Source: Negaprion brevirostris
Taxonomy: Eukaryota
DNA: 64,000 nucleotides
Assembly: GCA_030324005.1 (NCBI GenBank)
Contig: JARDVH010000042.1
Location: 47,509,987-47,573,986 of the forward strand
Direction of reading: 5' to 3'
Each line of letters opens with the position of its first letter. The first letter of the stretch is position 1. Shown in pieces: positions 13,720 through 26,300 of the stretch. The notes under the pieces were generated by a model, which saw nothing but the letters and a program-made list of their open reading frames with translations, had not been told where the DNA came from and did not search any database. A program made the translations under genes and the position numbers.

Positions 13720-16110
13720 CTAGCCTACTCTTGTACCAACAGTATTTATTTCAGTTATTTTCTGGTTAATGGAAACCCCCAAGAGTTCATAGTGAGGGAT
13801 TCTGTGATGGTAATGTCATTGAAGATCAAGTGGTGATGGTTAAATTTTCTCTCATTGGAAATGGTCATTGTCTGGCATTTTGTGGCGTGAATGTTTCTTG
13901 CCACTTGAGAGCCTAAGTCTGAATATTGTCCAGGTTTTGCTGCATTTGACCAAGGACTGTTTCAGTGTCCAATGAATCGCAAATGGTGATGAACATTGTG
14001 CAATCATCAACGACATCTCCACTTCTGACATTAAGATGGACGGAAGATCATTGATGAAGCACTTGCAGATTGTTGGGTCTAGGAGACTATCCTGAGGAAT
14101 TCCTGCAGTGATGTCCTGGAACTGATATTGAGTCATAGAGGTTTAGAGCGTGGAAACATGCCCTTTGGCCCAACTTGTCCATGTTACCTTTTTTTGTTAA
14201 AACCCCTAAACAAATCCCAATTGCCCGCATTTGGCCCATATCCCTCTATACCCATCTTATCCAAGTAACTATCTAAATACTTTTTAAAAGACAAAATTGT
14301 CCCTGCCTCTACTACTATATCTGGCAGCTTGTTCCAGACACTTACTACCCTCTGTGTGAAAAAATTGCCCCTCTGGACACTTTTGTATTTCTCCCCTCTC
14401 ACCTTAAACCTATGACCTCTAGTTTTAGATTCCCCTACCTTTGGGAAAAGATATTGACTATCTAGCTGATCTGTGCCCCTCATTATTGTATAAACCTCTA
14501 TAAGGTCACCCCTCAGCCTCCTGCGCTCCAAGGACACAAGTCCCAGTCTATTCAGCCTCTTCTTATAACTCAATCCATCAAATCCCAGTAGCATCCAAAT
14601 AAGTCTTTTCTGCATTCTTTCTAGTTTAATTATATCCTTTCTATAATAGGGTGCCCAGAATTGCACACAGTATTCCAAGTGTGGCCTTACCAATGTCTTG
14701 TACAACTGTTACAAGACATCCCAACTCCTGTATTCAATGTTCAGACTGATGAAACCAAGCATGTTGAATGACTTCTTCACCACTCTATCCACCTGTGACT
14801 CCACTTTGAAGGAGCTATGAACATGTACCCCTAGATCTTTTTGTTCCGTAACTCTTCCCAGCGCCCTACCATTAACTGAGTAAGTCCTGTCCTGGTTCAA
14901 TCTACCAAAATGCATTACCTTGCATTTGTCTAAATTTAACTCCATCTGTCAATCTTCAGCCCACTGGCTCATTTGATCAAGATCCCGCTGCAATTGGAGA
15001 GAACCCTCTTCACTGTCTACCATGTCACCAATCTTGGTGTCATCTCAAACTTACTAACCATGCTCCCTAAGTTCTCATCCAAATCATCTAAATTCTCATC
15101 CAAATGATAAATAACAGTGGGCCAGCACTGATCCCTGAGGCATACCGCTGGTCACAGGCCTCCAGTTTGAAAAACAATTGTTTACAACTACCCTCTGGCT
15201 TCTGTCAAGAAGCCAATTTTGTATCCATTTGGATCCCATGAGATTTAACTTTATGTGACAACCTACCACGTGGTATCTTATCAAATGAACCCCGAACAAT
15301 CACAGCCATCTTCCNNNNNNNNNNNNNNNNNNNNNNNNNNNNNNNNNNNNNNNNNNNNNNNNNNNNNNNNNNNNNNNNNNNNNNNNNNNNNNNNNNNNNN
15401 NNNNNNNNNNNNNNAAGTCCGTAATGAGGTCAGGAGCTGAGTGACCCTTCCAGAACCCAAATTGAGCATCTCTGAACAGGTTATCACTCAGCAAGTGCCA
15501 TTTAATTGCATTGTTGATGACCCCTTCCATCACTTTACTGATGATGGAGAGTAGATTGATGGCATGGTAATTGACTGAGTTTGATTTATCCTATGTCTTC
15601 TGTACAGGACAATGTGGGCATCTTCCACATAGCTGGGTCATTGTCTGTGTTGTACTGCAACAGCTTGTCTTGGGGCATGGCAAGTCCTGGATAACAAGTC
15701 TTCAGTGCTATTGTCGAAATATTGTCAGGTCCCATAGCTTTTGTAGTATCTACTGCCTTCAACCATTTGTCGATAACATGTGCAGTCAATTGAACTGGCT
15801 GAAGAATGGCATCTATGATGCTGGTGACCTCTGGAGGAGACCAAGAGAGATCATCCACTTGGCACTGGTGGCTGAATATTGTTGCAAATACCTCAGCCTT
15901 AAATTTTGCTCTGATGTACTGCTCACTTCCATCATTGAGGATGGGAATATTTGTGGAGCCTCCTCCTACAGTGAGTTGCTTAATTGTCCACAACCATTCA
16001 CAACTGAATGTGGCAGGACTGCAGAGTTTAGATCTCATCCATTGATTGTGGAATCCCTTAGCTCTGTCTATTACGATATCTAATTTTGTCATCAGGTATC
16101 TGGGAGACTC
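13720..16110 (-). mobile_element. CR1-group LINE ORF fragment (family of 40157-52457), interrupted by a classic CR1 and a gap
   Basis: KAMGPDNI..LKTC.P.LA, MEGVIN..DAQFGF..HSAPDLIT, AGIPQ..FINDLPS in minus ORFs. Confidence 0.85.
14132..15285 (-). mobile_element. 5'-truncated classic CR1 LINE
   Basis: WIQNWL..QRVVV..SG.PQGSVL; KCKVMHFG; LYKTLVRPHLEYCVQFWAP..FFTQRVVSVWNKLP. Confidence 0.95.
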
Positions 16111-16869
16111 ACGTTTTGCCATCGCCAATGATCATGCAGTCCATTCCAATTCTGATCTCCAAGGTCTTCCCCTCCATAGTGGTCAGTGTGGCTATGATTG
16201 GAGGACCACTCCTGCTTATCTGACTCTCCCTGGACTCTTTTCTCTTCTCAGGAGAGAAAACATGTTAGAAATGGATTTTGTCGGGAGGAGGGAATGACAA
16301 TGTATGTGGAAGGCGACTGTGAGGAATTGGTATGAAATAGCAGAATGATAAGGTAAGTGTGTGTGTTGGCTGTTCAGATGGATATGTAAGGTAGTTCCTG
16401 GAGGGAGAAGAATAAATGGAGCTGCAGGGTGTGTTGGGATGTGTTCGGTTGTGTGGGAGAATGCTGGGACTATGTTGCTTGACACTTGGAAGTGAAACAC
16501 TACTCATCTTTTCACAGAGTCCCTTAAGAACTGCTTCCTGGTTTGAAGGATCTTCTTATTCATTTTCTTGACCTCTTCCCTCCAGCAATTGAAAGTGGAA
16601 ACCATAAGTTTGTCTACTCCTATAAGAACTGACCATCTGCAACCAAATCTCACACATCCTGAGCGCCAGCATGCTGCAACAATGCTTGATTCAAACAGAA
16701 AGAACAGGTCATCCAAGTAATAAATAAATGATATCAGTCAAAGCACGGTTAAGGGCTGGCTACAAGAAATAAATCAGACTTTCAATCTATGCAGCTGGCT
16801 TGAATGCACTGTAAATAATGAAAAGGTTTAGAATAAAAACACACATTTGCCCTGAAAGATTGTCATAAG

Positions 16870-17099
16870 CAGCATGATAGAACATTGGTTAGCACTGCTA
16901 CTTCACAGCACTGGGGATCCAGGTTCAATTCCCGCCTGTGTCACTGTCTGTGTGGAGTTCTCCCCGTGTCTCCATGGGTTTCCTCCGAGTGCTCGAGTTT
17001 CCTCCCATATTCTAAAGGACACGCTGATTAGGTGCATTGACCCAAACAGGTGCCGGACTGTGGCAACTAGGGGAATTTCACAGAAACTTCATTGCAGTG
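16870..17099 (+). mobile_element. tRNA-derived SINE with the alternative (cacagtaacttcattgcagtg) 3' part
   Basis: Head like 2183; tail like 8235-8380, 18905-19203, 21075-21350, 34830-35100. Confidence 0.85.
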
Positions 17100-17652
17100 N
17101 NNNNNNNNNNNNNNNNNNNNNNNNNNNNNNNNNNNNNNNNNNNNNNNNNNNNNNNNNNNNNNNNNNNNNNNNNNNNNNNNNNNNNNNNNNNNNNNNNNNC
17201 ACTCCTATCTCTCTGCAAGCACACATGGTGTGCTGCCAGCATATTGCACATTTCCCTGCTGCTGCTCTAGAAATATAATCTTCATTGATAACCCCCAAGA
17301 TACAGCATCTGCTACCAGCCAAATGGAGCTTGGAGCATCCTGCATTTCCATTGTTACATTACTGTCCCTGTGTTTAGCATCTGCCTTTTCTCACTTGTGA
17401 GCTGTCTGTCAGCAAGTGAAAATCCTTAACAGTCCGAATGAAGCATGAGTGTCTGAGTTGATGCACGGTCTGCATGAGTCCTGTGATGGGACATCCTCAG
17501 AATGAGTTATTTCCTCTGAGGAGTAATCATTGTCTGCTTGGAGGACAGTCAAAAGTCCTTTCATAGCGTGAAAGGCATAAGTTAGAATTGTGTCAACATG
17601 AGTAAATGTTCAATGTCCTGTGGCTACCTGATATTTAATTTTGTGACCAGGT

Positions 17653-18180
17653 CATAGAATTTCTCCAGTGCAGAGAGAGGCCATTCGGCCCAGTGAGTCT
17701 GCACCAAGTCTCTGACAGAGCATCTTACCCAGGTCCACCCTTGTCCTATTCCCACGATCCCGTGTATTTACCCCGCTAATCCCCGAATCTACACATCTTG
17801 GGACACTAAGGGGCAATTTAGCATGGCCAATCCACCTAAACGATACATCTTTGGACACTAAGGACGGGATTTTCCAGCCACGCTCGCCCCAAGGTTGAAA
17901 AATCCCCTTCAAGATCAACAGACCTTTCCATGGTCCATGTCCCGCCTGCTATGATTCCTGTGGCAGGCGGGATGAGAAAATTCCACCCTAAATGTCAATT
18001 TAACCTAGCCCATCCATCTAACCTGCATATCTTCGGACTGTGAGGAAGTTGGAACACCTAGAGGAGACCCAAGGAGACACAGGGAGAACATGCAAACTCC
18101 ACACAGTCACCTGAGGCCAGAATTGAATCCGGGTCCCTGGTGCTGTGAAGTGGCAGTACTAACCACTGTGCCAGTGTAGT
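17653..18180 (-). mobile_element. HE1-like SINE interrupted by a MITE
   Basis: catagaat tail at 17653; head gtactaaccactgtgcca at ~18157-18175. Confidence 0.85.
17862..17988. mobile_element. PIF/Harbinger-type MITE
   Basis: Imperfect TIRs ggacgggattttcc / gagaaaattccaccc; TAA duplicated at 17859-61 and 17989-91; related copies near 23360-23485 and 29483-29605. Confidence 0.75.
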
Positions 18181-18904
18181 GTCCTCTCCCTCCTGTCTGC
18201 AAAAGGAGCAACCCTTCACTGCATTCCTTTACAGCCCACAGCAGGGCTGTCAGGGAAATTCAGAGAACTTCCGAGATCCTCCTTCCTTGCAGAAGCTTCA
18301 AGAATCATTGTGGAATTCCGCCTCTCTGAATTTCCTGCCAAGGACTCTCTAACTAATCCCTGTACTTTTGTGATGGAAGTCTTGAAGTGGGATGCTTATG
18401 CTATAACTGAGTTAAGTAACAAATTAACTCCAAGAACAATTGGCTCACTGCTGCCATATTCCAATCCAATTCTCTTCTTGCACCTTGTGGTGCACTAAGG
18501 CAGACTTTCATCTGTTTCCATAATTAGTTATTCCTGGAGCAGGTCACTAGTCTGTCACCAGTGGCTTATATGGCATGAGGAGTGCCATGCCGCATCAACT
18601 GTGGCTGACCAGGAATCTCTCCCGCTCTTATTGCCAATCATTGGCATGTTTGGAAGGACCTGTTTGGCAATATAATGAATGCATTTCCTTGGTCATCACT
18701 TCCAGGGGTGTAACTTGAACCTGGAGTTTCTGGCTCAGAGGCAGGTACTGCGCCACAAGCCCTCCAGACTGCTGTCATATCTCCTCCTCCAGTTGCCACC
18801 AGGTGTGATGCTGATGGATCAGTTTCATTGAAATCCTGCCCATTGTGGTTCATACGGCATAATGCCACTTGGTGGAACTGTAATCTAAATGTGGAGGAAA
18901 CAAA

Positions 18905-19203
18905 TTTATTTATTTATTAGTGTCACAAGCAGACTTACATTAACACTGCAGTGAAGTTACTGTGAAAATCCCCTAGTCGCCATACGCCGGCACCTGTTTG
19001 GGTACACTGAGGGAGAATTTAGAATGGCCAATACAAGTAATCAGCACGCCTTTTGGATTGTGGGAGGAAACTGGAGCACCTGGAGGAAACCCACACAGAC
19101 ACAGCGAGAATGTGCAGAGACCGCACAGAGAATCACCCAAGCTGGGAATCGAACCCAAGTCTCTGACGCTGTGAGGCAGCAGTGCTAATCACTGTGCCAC
19201 CAT
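18905..19203 (-). mobile_element. tRNA-derived SINE
   Basis: Complete head (gaggcagcagtgctaatcactgtgccacc on +), core and (ttta)n tail. Confidence 0.9.
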
Positions 19204-19337
19204 GAAGCATTGAAAGATAATTTCACTATTTAGCCATTGCACAAATTTTTATTCATTTCAATAAGTAAACTCTGCTGATAATCTTCTATATCAGCACAGA
19301 CGTATGCAATTTACATTTTGAAGCGTTATCTCATTAC

Positions 19338-19570
19338 ATAGAATCGTAGAATCCCTACAGCACAGGAGGAGGCCATTTGGCCCATTGAGTCTGTGCCAAC
19401 TACAATCCCACCTAGGCACTATCCCCATAACCCTAAGTATTTACTCCTGCTGGTCCTCCTGACACCAAGGGACAATTTAACGTGGCCAATCAACCTAACC
19501 TGCACATCTTTGGATGTGGGAGGAAACCGGAGCACCCAGAGGTGCTAACCATTGTGCTACCTTGCTACCC
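19338..19570 (-). mobile_element. Internally deleted HE1-like SINE
   Basis: atagaatcgtagaatccctacag tail, gggaggaaaccggagcaccc core. Confidence 0.85.
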
Positions 19571-20701
19571 AAAATCTTCTTTGTGTAACATTATGAATTT
19601 AATAGATGCCAACTGAAATACTAAAAAAAAACAAGTTTAGTTGACTTACTGTATGAAGTGATATAACTTTTGACCTCCAGTGTTTTTTCTGAGTTTTCTA
19701 GTTCGATGCCTTCTTTCCTGGAAATAGTGACTCATGCTGGGATATGGTTTCAATTACTCTGAATACCCCTTGACACAATGCTAGGATGACAACCTTGATA
19801 TATAAAGCTGACTCGAGTCACTGATTATTTGACTGGATTGGGAGTATTATAGCTGAAACTGAATATATCCTCACGTATGCCACTCAGCTGGCAATCCGGA
19901 GCTGGAAAGCTGACACTTTATTTTCTCCTCTCTAATCTAAGGATCAGACCAATTGCTCAGACCAATTGCCTTTCCTCTCTGAGGTGAAGGCGGTTAACAT
20001 AACATAGGCCAAGGATCAAACTTGGTGCTTTCATGATTTGTTTTGACACAGGAGTCAAACACAAGCAATGCAAGGGAGATTCTGCCTCGTCTGGAACTTT
20101 GTTTTGTGTGCACATGAGAGATCTTGATATGAAATAACCTTGGCTCTGGCTTTGGGTTCAGAGAATAATTGGGAGCAGGCAGTGTTGCCATGGGCAGTGG
20201 ACAGTGTAGTGGAGATGGACATTTTAACAGCAGTTTCCTGCTATGACTGGCAGCAAGAAAATCAGCAGCTGCAGCAGCAGTAGAATGTAGAAAGTGTAAG
20301 GTTGTCCGCTCCTGTAAGAACTGACCATCTGCAACCAAATATCACACATTCTGACCACCAGCATGCTCAACAGTGCTCGGTTCAGACAGAAAGAACAGGT
20401 CATCCAAGTAATAAATAAACTACATCTGCCAANNNNNNNNNNTTCACGGTTAAGGGCTGGCCATAAGGAACAGATCAGATTTGAAATCTGGGAGGCTGGC
20501 TTTACTTGAATACGCTGCAAACGATGAAACATTTTTGAATAAAAAGCACTGTTTTTTGGAAAATGCGCACTTCGTCATAATGTATATGCAATGTCTAAAC
20601 AGTTAAGGGCTTCAAATTATATAGCTCTTGTACCCGCAGGAATGACTGGTTAAATCAGGAAATGAAAGCTTATAATATTGATACTCAAAACTCACATGAA
20701 G

Positions 20702-20720
20702 GATTGGTTGCCACGGTAAC
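20702..20720. promoter_or_regulatory. Candidate RFX X-box overlapping an inverted CCAAT box
   Basis: ATTGG at 20703-20707 running into GTTGCCACGGTAAC (20707-20720), which fits GTNRCC-N0-3-RGYAAC. Confidence 0.45.
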
Positions 20721-21074
20721 ACGTTTGGTTGGTTAGGCATGTACACCTGCGGCTCCACTATGATAAAGGTCACCATTCACTACCGTCTGTACCACAACAC
20801 ACAGCGCAGTTACCCACTGAGTCAAACAGGGCATCAGTAAGCTAATCATTTTTACATTCCATTGAATGGCTTAATTAAAATCAGTTGTACATTCCTAAAT
20901 TAAATGTGTGGATTCTAATGATTGTTTGTTGTTCCAAAGTGTCGCTGGGATATCATAACAAGAATCGTTAGTTGGAGCCTGTAGCCTTGACATGCAAGTG
21001 GTCATAAATAAATAATTAAACAAGTAGTCATCCCAAAAGTAAAGCCTAATGGTCAGAAGTTTAAGGTAAAAGTA

Positions 21075-21350
21075 AAGTTTATTTATTTGTCACAAGTAAG
21101 GCTTACATTAACACTGCAATGAAGTTACTGTGAAATTCCCCTCGTTGCCATACTTCAATGACACGTCTTCGAATAAATGCACCTAACCAGCAAATCTTTC
21201 AGAGTGTGGGAGGAAACTGGAGCACCCGGAGGAAACCCACGCAGACACGGGCAGGATGTGCAAACTCCACACAGACAGCGATCCAAGCAGGGAATTGAAC
21301 CTGGGTCTCTGGCGCTGTGAGGTAGCAGCGCTAAACACTGCACCACTTTG
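21075..21350 (-). mobile_element. tRNA-derived SINE
   Basis: Same head, core and tail as 18905-19203. Confidence 0.9.
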
Positions 21351-22119
21351 TAACCATTAAAAATGACCATGAGAAATGGGATCTAATACAATAATCAGTT
21401 ATGTTACCAAAATGTTAAGATGTTAAAACCATATGTTTCATGTTCTCAAAATTCGCATTCAGATTCATGTTTTCAAACACTTTTTCATACCAAAGAAACT
21501 GAGTCCATCAAAGACTCTTTGTCAGGAGATAAATATTTATATTCATGTTAATGTGTACTGTGAATGTGCCACTATTCAAAGAGCTGTGAGAATTTTCAAC
21601 TCGAGGTGCTGGTGGATCCAGAGGCAACGTAGGTCAGACAAGCACATTTAGAGCCATATTAACATTTCTCTAGATGATGTTAACTCATTCCAAAAGGTAT
21701 TGATACCAATTTAATAATATTTTCCTGGCAACAGTCGCAAATTAATTCCACCAGATGTATTTATTGTGATTTGTAACATGATTACACTAATAGGAAAGAA
21801 AATATTTTAAATGTGCTGATTAGACCTTCTTTAATCCAATTGTTCGTCACAGAGGAGTAAGCATTTCCAGAAGTTAATGAGTAACTAACAATGATTGTAG
21901 AATTAATTTGATGTATTATAGGGCAATACGTACCTAGTAGCAGAGATAAACACCATTCACGCAAAAAGGAAAATACTCTCAAGGCTTGATTGCTTAATAT
22001 CAAATCGATGATAACTTGTGGTGAGATAAATAGCAATACTAGCCCCCTACTGATTCCTTTTAGCTCTGTATTTCCAGGGTCATGGCGATAATGTTATTAA
22101 ACCTAAATCTCCAACAAAG

Positions 22120-22790
22120 CAAAGAGCAAAGAACAATAAACAATACAGTGCAGGAGTAGACCCTTTAGCCCTCCAAGCCTGCACTGATCATGTGTTCTGA
22201 ACTAGACCATTCACTTGTATCCCTCTATTCCCAGTCTGTTCATGTGGCTATCTAGATAAATCTTAAATGATCCTAGCATGTCTGCCTCAACCACCTTGCT
22301 TGTTAGTGCATTCAAGGCCCCCACTACCCTCCGTGTAAAAAAATCCCCCACATATCTGTATTGAACCTTGACCCCCTTATCTTGAACTTATGACTCCTTG
22401 TGTTTGTCATTTCTGACCTGGGAAAAGCTTCTAACTGTTCACCCTATCTATGCCCCTCATAATTTTATAAATTTTGATTAAGTTGCCCCTTAGCCTCCAC
22501 ATTTCCAGGGAGAACAACCCTAGTTTACTCAATCTCACCTCATAGCTAATAACCCTCCATACCAGGCAACATCCTGGTAAACATTTTCTGCACTCTCTCC
22601 AAAGCCTCCACATTCTTCTGGTGGCAACCAGACTGTACGCAATACTCCAAATGTGGTCTAACCAATGTTCTATATAACTGTAACATCATACGCCAACTTT
22701 TATACTCTGTGCCCTGTCCAATAAAGGCAAGCATGCCATATGCTTTCTTCACCATCTTTTTCACCTGTGCTGCTACCATTAAGGATCTGC
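22120..22790 (-). mobile_element. 5'-truncated CR1 LINE
   Basis: VKKAYGMLAFIG..LYRTLVRPHLEYCVQ..LERVQK.FTRMLPG. Confidence 0.9.
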
Positions 22791-23039
22791 AAGAACCTAA
22801 AAATAACGGAATGAACAGTACATCCATTTTGTGAATTAGACTTTTTGGCAAGGTGGCACAATCATACATTCTATTAGAGCTCCAAAGAGATTCAAAACAA
22901 ATCTGTGCTGATGATTCTGCGCAAGATGAAATCCTGTTCTCAGCTGTGATTTTGTGGAAATACCAGCTGGAGACTGGATGCATCTTTACTGAGGGGAATC
23001 ACCTCTGCTGTTTTCACAGATAATAATCACCTGTCAATG

Positions 23040-23330
23040 GAACAGTTATTCGCAGAGATCCATGAGCAAAGTTCCTCTCAGAATGTTGTGTGACTTTAGA
23101 GCTCTTTGCCTCAAAAGGTGGTGGAAGCAGGCTCATTGAATATGTTTAAGGTGGAGGTAGATAGATTCTTGTTAGTCAAGGGAATCAAAGATTATGGGGG
23201 TGGGGAGGTGGGTGGTGGGAATATAAAATTTGGAACACAAACATGTCAGCCATGACTTTTTGAACGGAGGAGCAACCTCGAAGTGCTGAATGGCCTACTT
23301 CCCTTATTCCCTTTGTCTCTATGTTATCTA
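23040..23330 (+). mobile_element. CR1 3' fragment
   Basis: ttcctctcagaatgttgtg..gaggtagatagattctt..gaatggcctact 3' UTR pattern. Confidence 0.7.
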
Positions 23331-26300
23331 TCGATCCTCTCAATGGCAAATGACATGTGTGCCGGAATTTTACTGCTTCGCTAGCCCAAGGCTCGTAAGA
23401 TGCTACCACAGTCAACAGAGAATGTCGTTCTGTGAGCCTCCCCTCCCCTGATTCCGGGGCAAGCAAGATGCTAAAATTCTGGCTGTGGCGTCAAGTGACA
23501 GGAAGTGGACTGTTGAAACTAAAAATATTAATTGGTTGTAACTTTAATCTCTGTGTGCAGGAACATATTTGGGGATAACTTGTCCATAATAGATGCACCT
23601 AATATGGGTGCAATTTGCTTATTTTGACTTACTCACAACACACAATTGTTATGTAATGTAAACAGCATACAAATCTACTCTTGTCCACTAATACCAACTT
23701 TATGGCAATTATTAATCTATGGGTATGACAGTGAATTGGTGAAAGTCAGTTTTGCAACGTGTATAGATGGGAGTTAGTGTGTCAAGGGTTCTGGGCAATG
23801 CATTGGAGCATGGCTANNNNNNNAGAGGATTAGCCATGATCATGTTGAATGCTGGAGCAGATGTGAAGGATTGAATGGCTTAGTCCTGCCCTTACTTTCT
23901 ATGTTATTAACTGAACACATACCAAGGGGTCGAAAATGATCCTTATCATGCTGTTTATGGTTGTAAATGGGCTTAGTGGATTTTTAAGCACTAACAAGCA
24001 GCATGCGCTAAAAAGTATATTTTTTCACTAACCTTCCTGAGATACCAGGCCACTCTTCTTTACCAACCCCCAGCACCTTCATGAGCGTCACAACTGACAT
24101 GTAGATAGTTCAAATTCGAACACTGTTAACAAGTAAACGTCTGATCTAGAAGCACAACAAGTGCTAACAGCTTGCTCCAATTATGGCATTGAGGTTTGAA
24201 GTCTAATTCTGGGAGACCCTCAGGCCTGTCACACTGTGCATGTATCTTATCACTGATACACCTGAAAATGAGCCACAACAAATTTCTACTGCAATAATTT
24301 CCTCTCACATTAAAGTCCCAGATATCAATTGTAGATAAAGAACGTAACTTGGCATTCATCCTTTTGCTTAAAATTCAATAGCCACCTGNNNNNNNNNNNN
24401 NNNNNNNNNNNNNNNNNNNNNNNNNNNNNNNNNNNNNNNNNNNNNNNNNNNNNNNNNNNNNNNNNNNNNNNNNNNNNNNNNNNNNNNNAAATTTCATTTC
24501 AATATGGTAAAACATCCAATGCTAATTTCCATGGAATAATTTCAACAAAAAGATCCATGTTACCAATAACATACAGTGCAATTTCAGCCAGTGATTTTCA
24601 TCCTCAATGCTGTCTGAACCAATATACTATGACCAGCATGTATCATCAGCATCATCTCAGACTCCCACTGCTAACAGAAGTTTAAAACAAGCAGAAAACC
24701 ATTGATTCAACTCAGGCAGTTTCCTACTCAGTACCTATGACAGCAATACTTTTTCTAAGTTCAGATACAGTCTAAGTTATTAAAGTAATTGCAGGGGCAC
24801 TTTCCAGCTCATTCAATGTTCCAAAAACAATGATGAATAAGAGTTAAAAGTTTGTAAGTGGCTAAAGTGGAAAATCAGGCGATCCGCAGCTGAATCAGAA
24901 ACTAAACATGAATTCATAAGTTGAGAAAAAAATCAGAACATTGGATTGAAACTTGATGGTTCTAAAAGCGATAACAGTGACAGAATCATATGCCCTACCT
25001 CTCGCACTCAAAATGATAACGTGTAAGATAAAATTCAGTTGATTTTTAAAATTTTAACTTCAAATTTAAAGATGGAAGAATAGCAAATTTGATTTTTAAC
25101 ACTTAGCCAAATGTCTTGCATTGAGTCGAATGCATTTTCAAATCACTTTAAATGTTCCATTCCGGTTCTTAGAAGTTTTCTTATTTACAATTTTGTCATA
25201 GCAATCTTAGTTTAATCCTAAAAAAGATAATGAACAATACTTTTTAAAATCAAGTTTATATTTATTGCTTGATTCTTCGCGCATTAAGTCATTTCAAAAG
25301 AACACTTAGAAAAGCTATTCCAATTTAATACAGGAATGTGTCTATATTCCCACAGTTTGAAAGTGACAAAACAGCTGTACGCATTGGAATATCTTTTGAT
25401 TTAAACTTAAAAATCAGATTAAAAAGATATTGATCCAGCATTTCCCCTTGTAATAACACATTTAAATTTCATATCGTCTACAAAAGCAATTATCTATTTT
25501 GGTAAATATGCCACATTTTAATTTTGAATTCCACCATCCTATTTTGTAACTTATTGTAACAGTTTCAGACAGATGCAGCCAGATCTAAATTATGCAGCTC
25601 ATTTGCATATTCTAGTCATAGGGTACATGCAAATGAAGGTCATTTACATAATGGATTCCTGTCATTGCTACCGCTCCTTTCTTTGCTCCTTATTCAGCAA
25701 GCTTTGATATCACAAGCCAAGTTCTTTNNNNNNNNNNTCAAGTAAATTCCTTCAGTAACCATCAGAAATTATCTAGTAAAACAGGTATCTATGTTCCAGC
25801 ATTTCATTTCTTTCTTCTTCCTTAATTGCAGGAAATAACTTTGCCTTAATGAGGTACTTTATTTAAATTAGCACCTGAGCCAATTAGTCAGCTCTGACCT
25901 TGTCTTGCAAAGAAAAAAGGTTGCAGGAGAGTGGTATTTAAAAAATTTAAAAGCCTCTCCCCTTTGCCTCATCTTTTCAAATGTTAGGTAAAACAGCATG
26001 CTGATAATTATTTTCACAATATGTATATTTAAATAGGCAAAAGGTAATTAGGAATATGCTCATTGTGAATATGCCTGATTGAATAATAAAAATGCCAGTG
26101 TTTATGTGCAAATAAGTAGTTTTAATTATTTTATCTTCCATATGTCACAAAATTGACATTGAATAAGATTTCTGTAACCATTGTCAGAGGCTGTCCTACC
26201 ACCGGTCATAGCCTGAATTGAAATTTCTTGTTTAATATAAAGGACAATTATTGGTAAACATGGTGAATTTCTTCTTGCCTTAAATTATTAGTTTGATGCC

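Noticed and set aside
25601-25634. Immunoglobulin V-gene promoter
   Set aside because: No leader exon, V domain or recombination signal sequence found nearby
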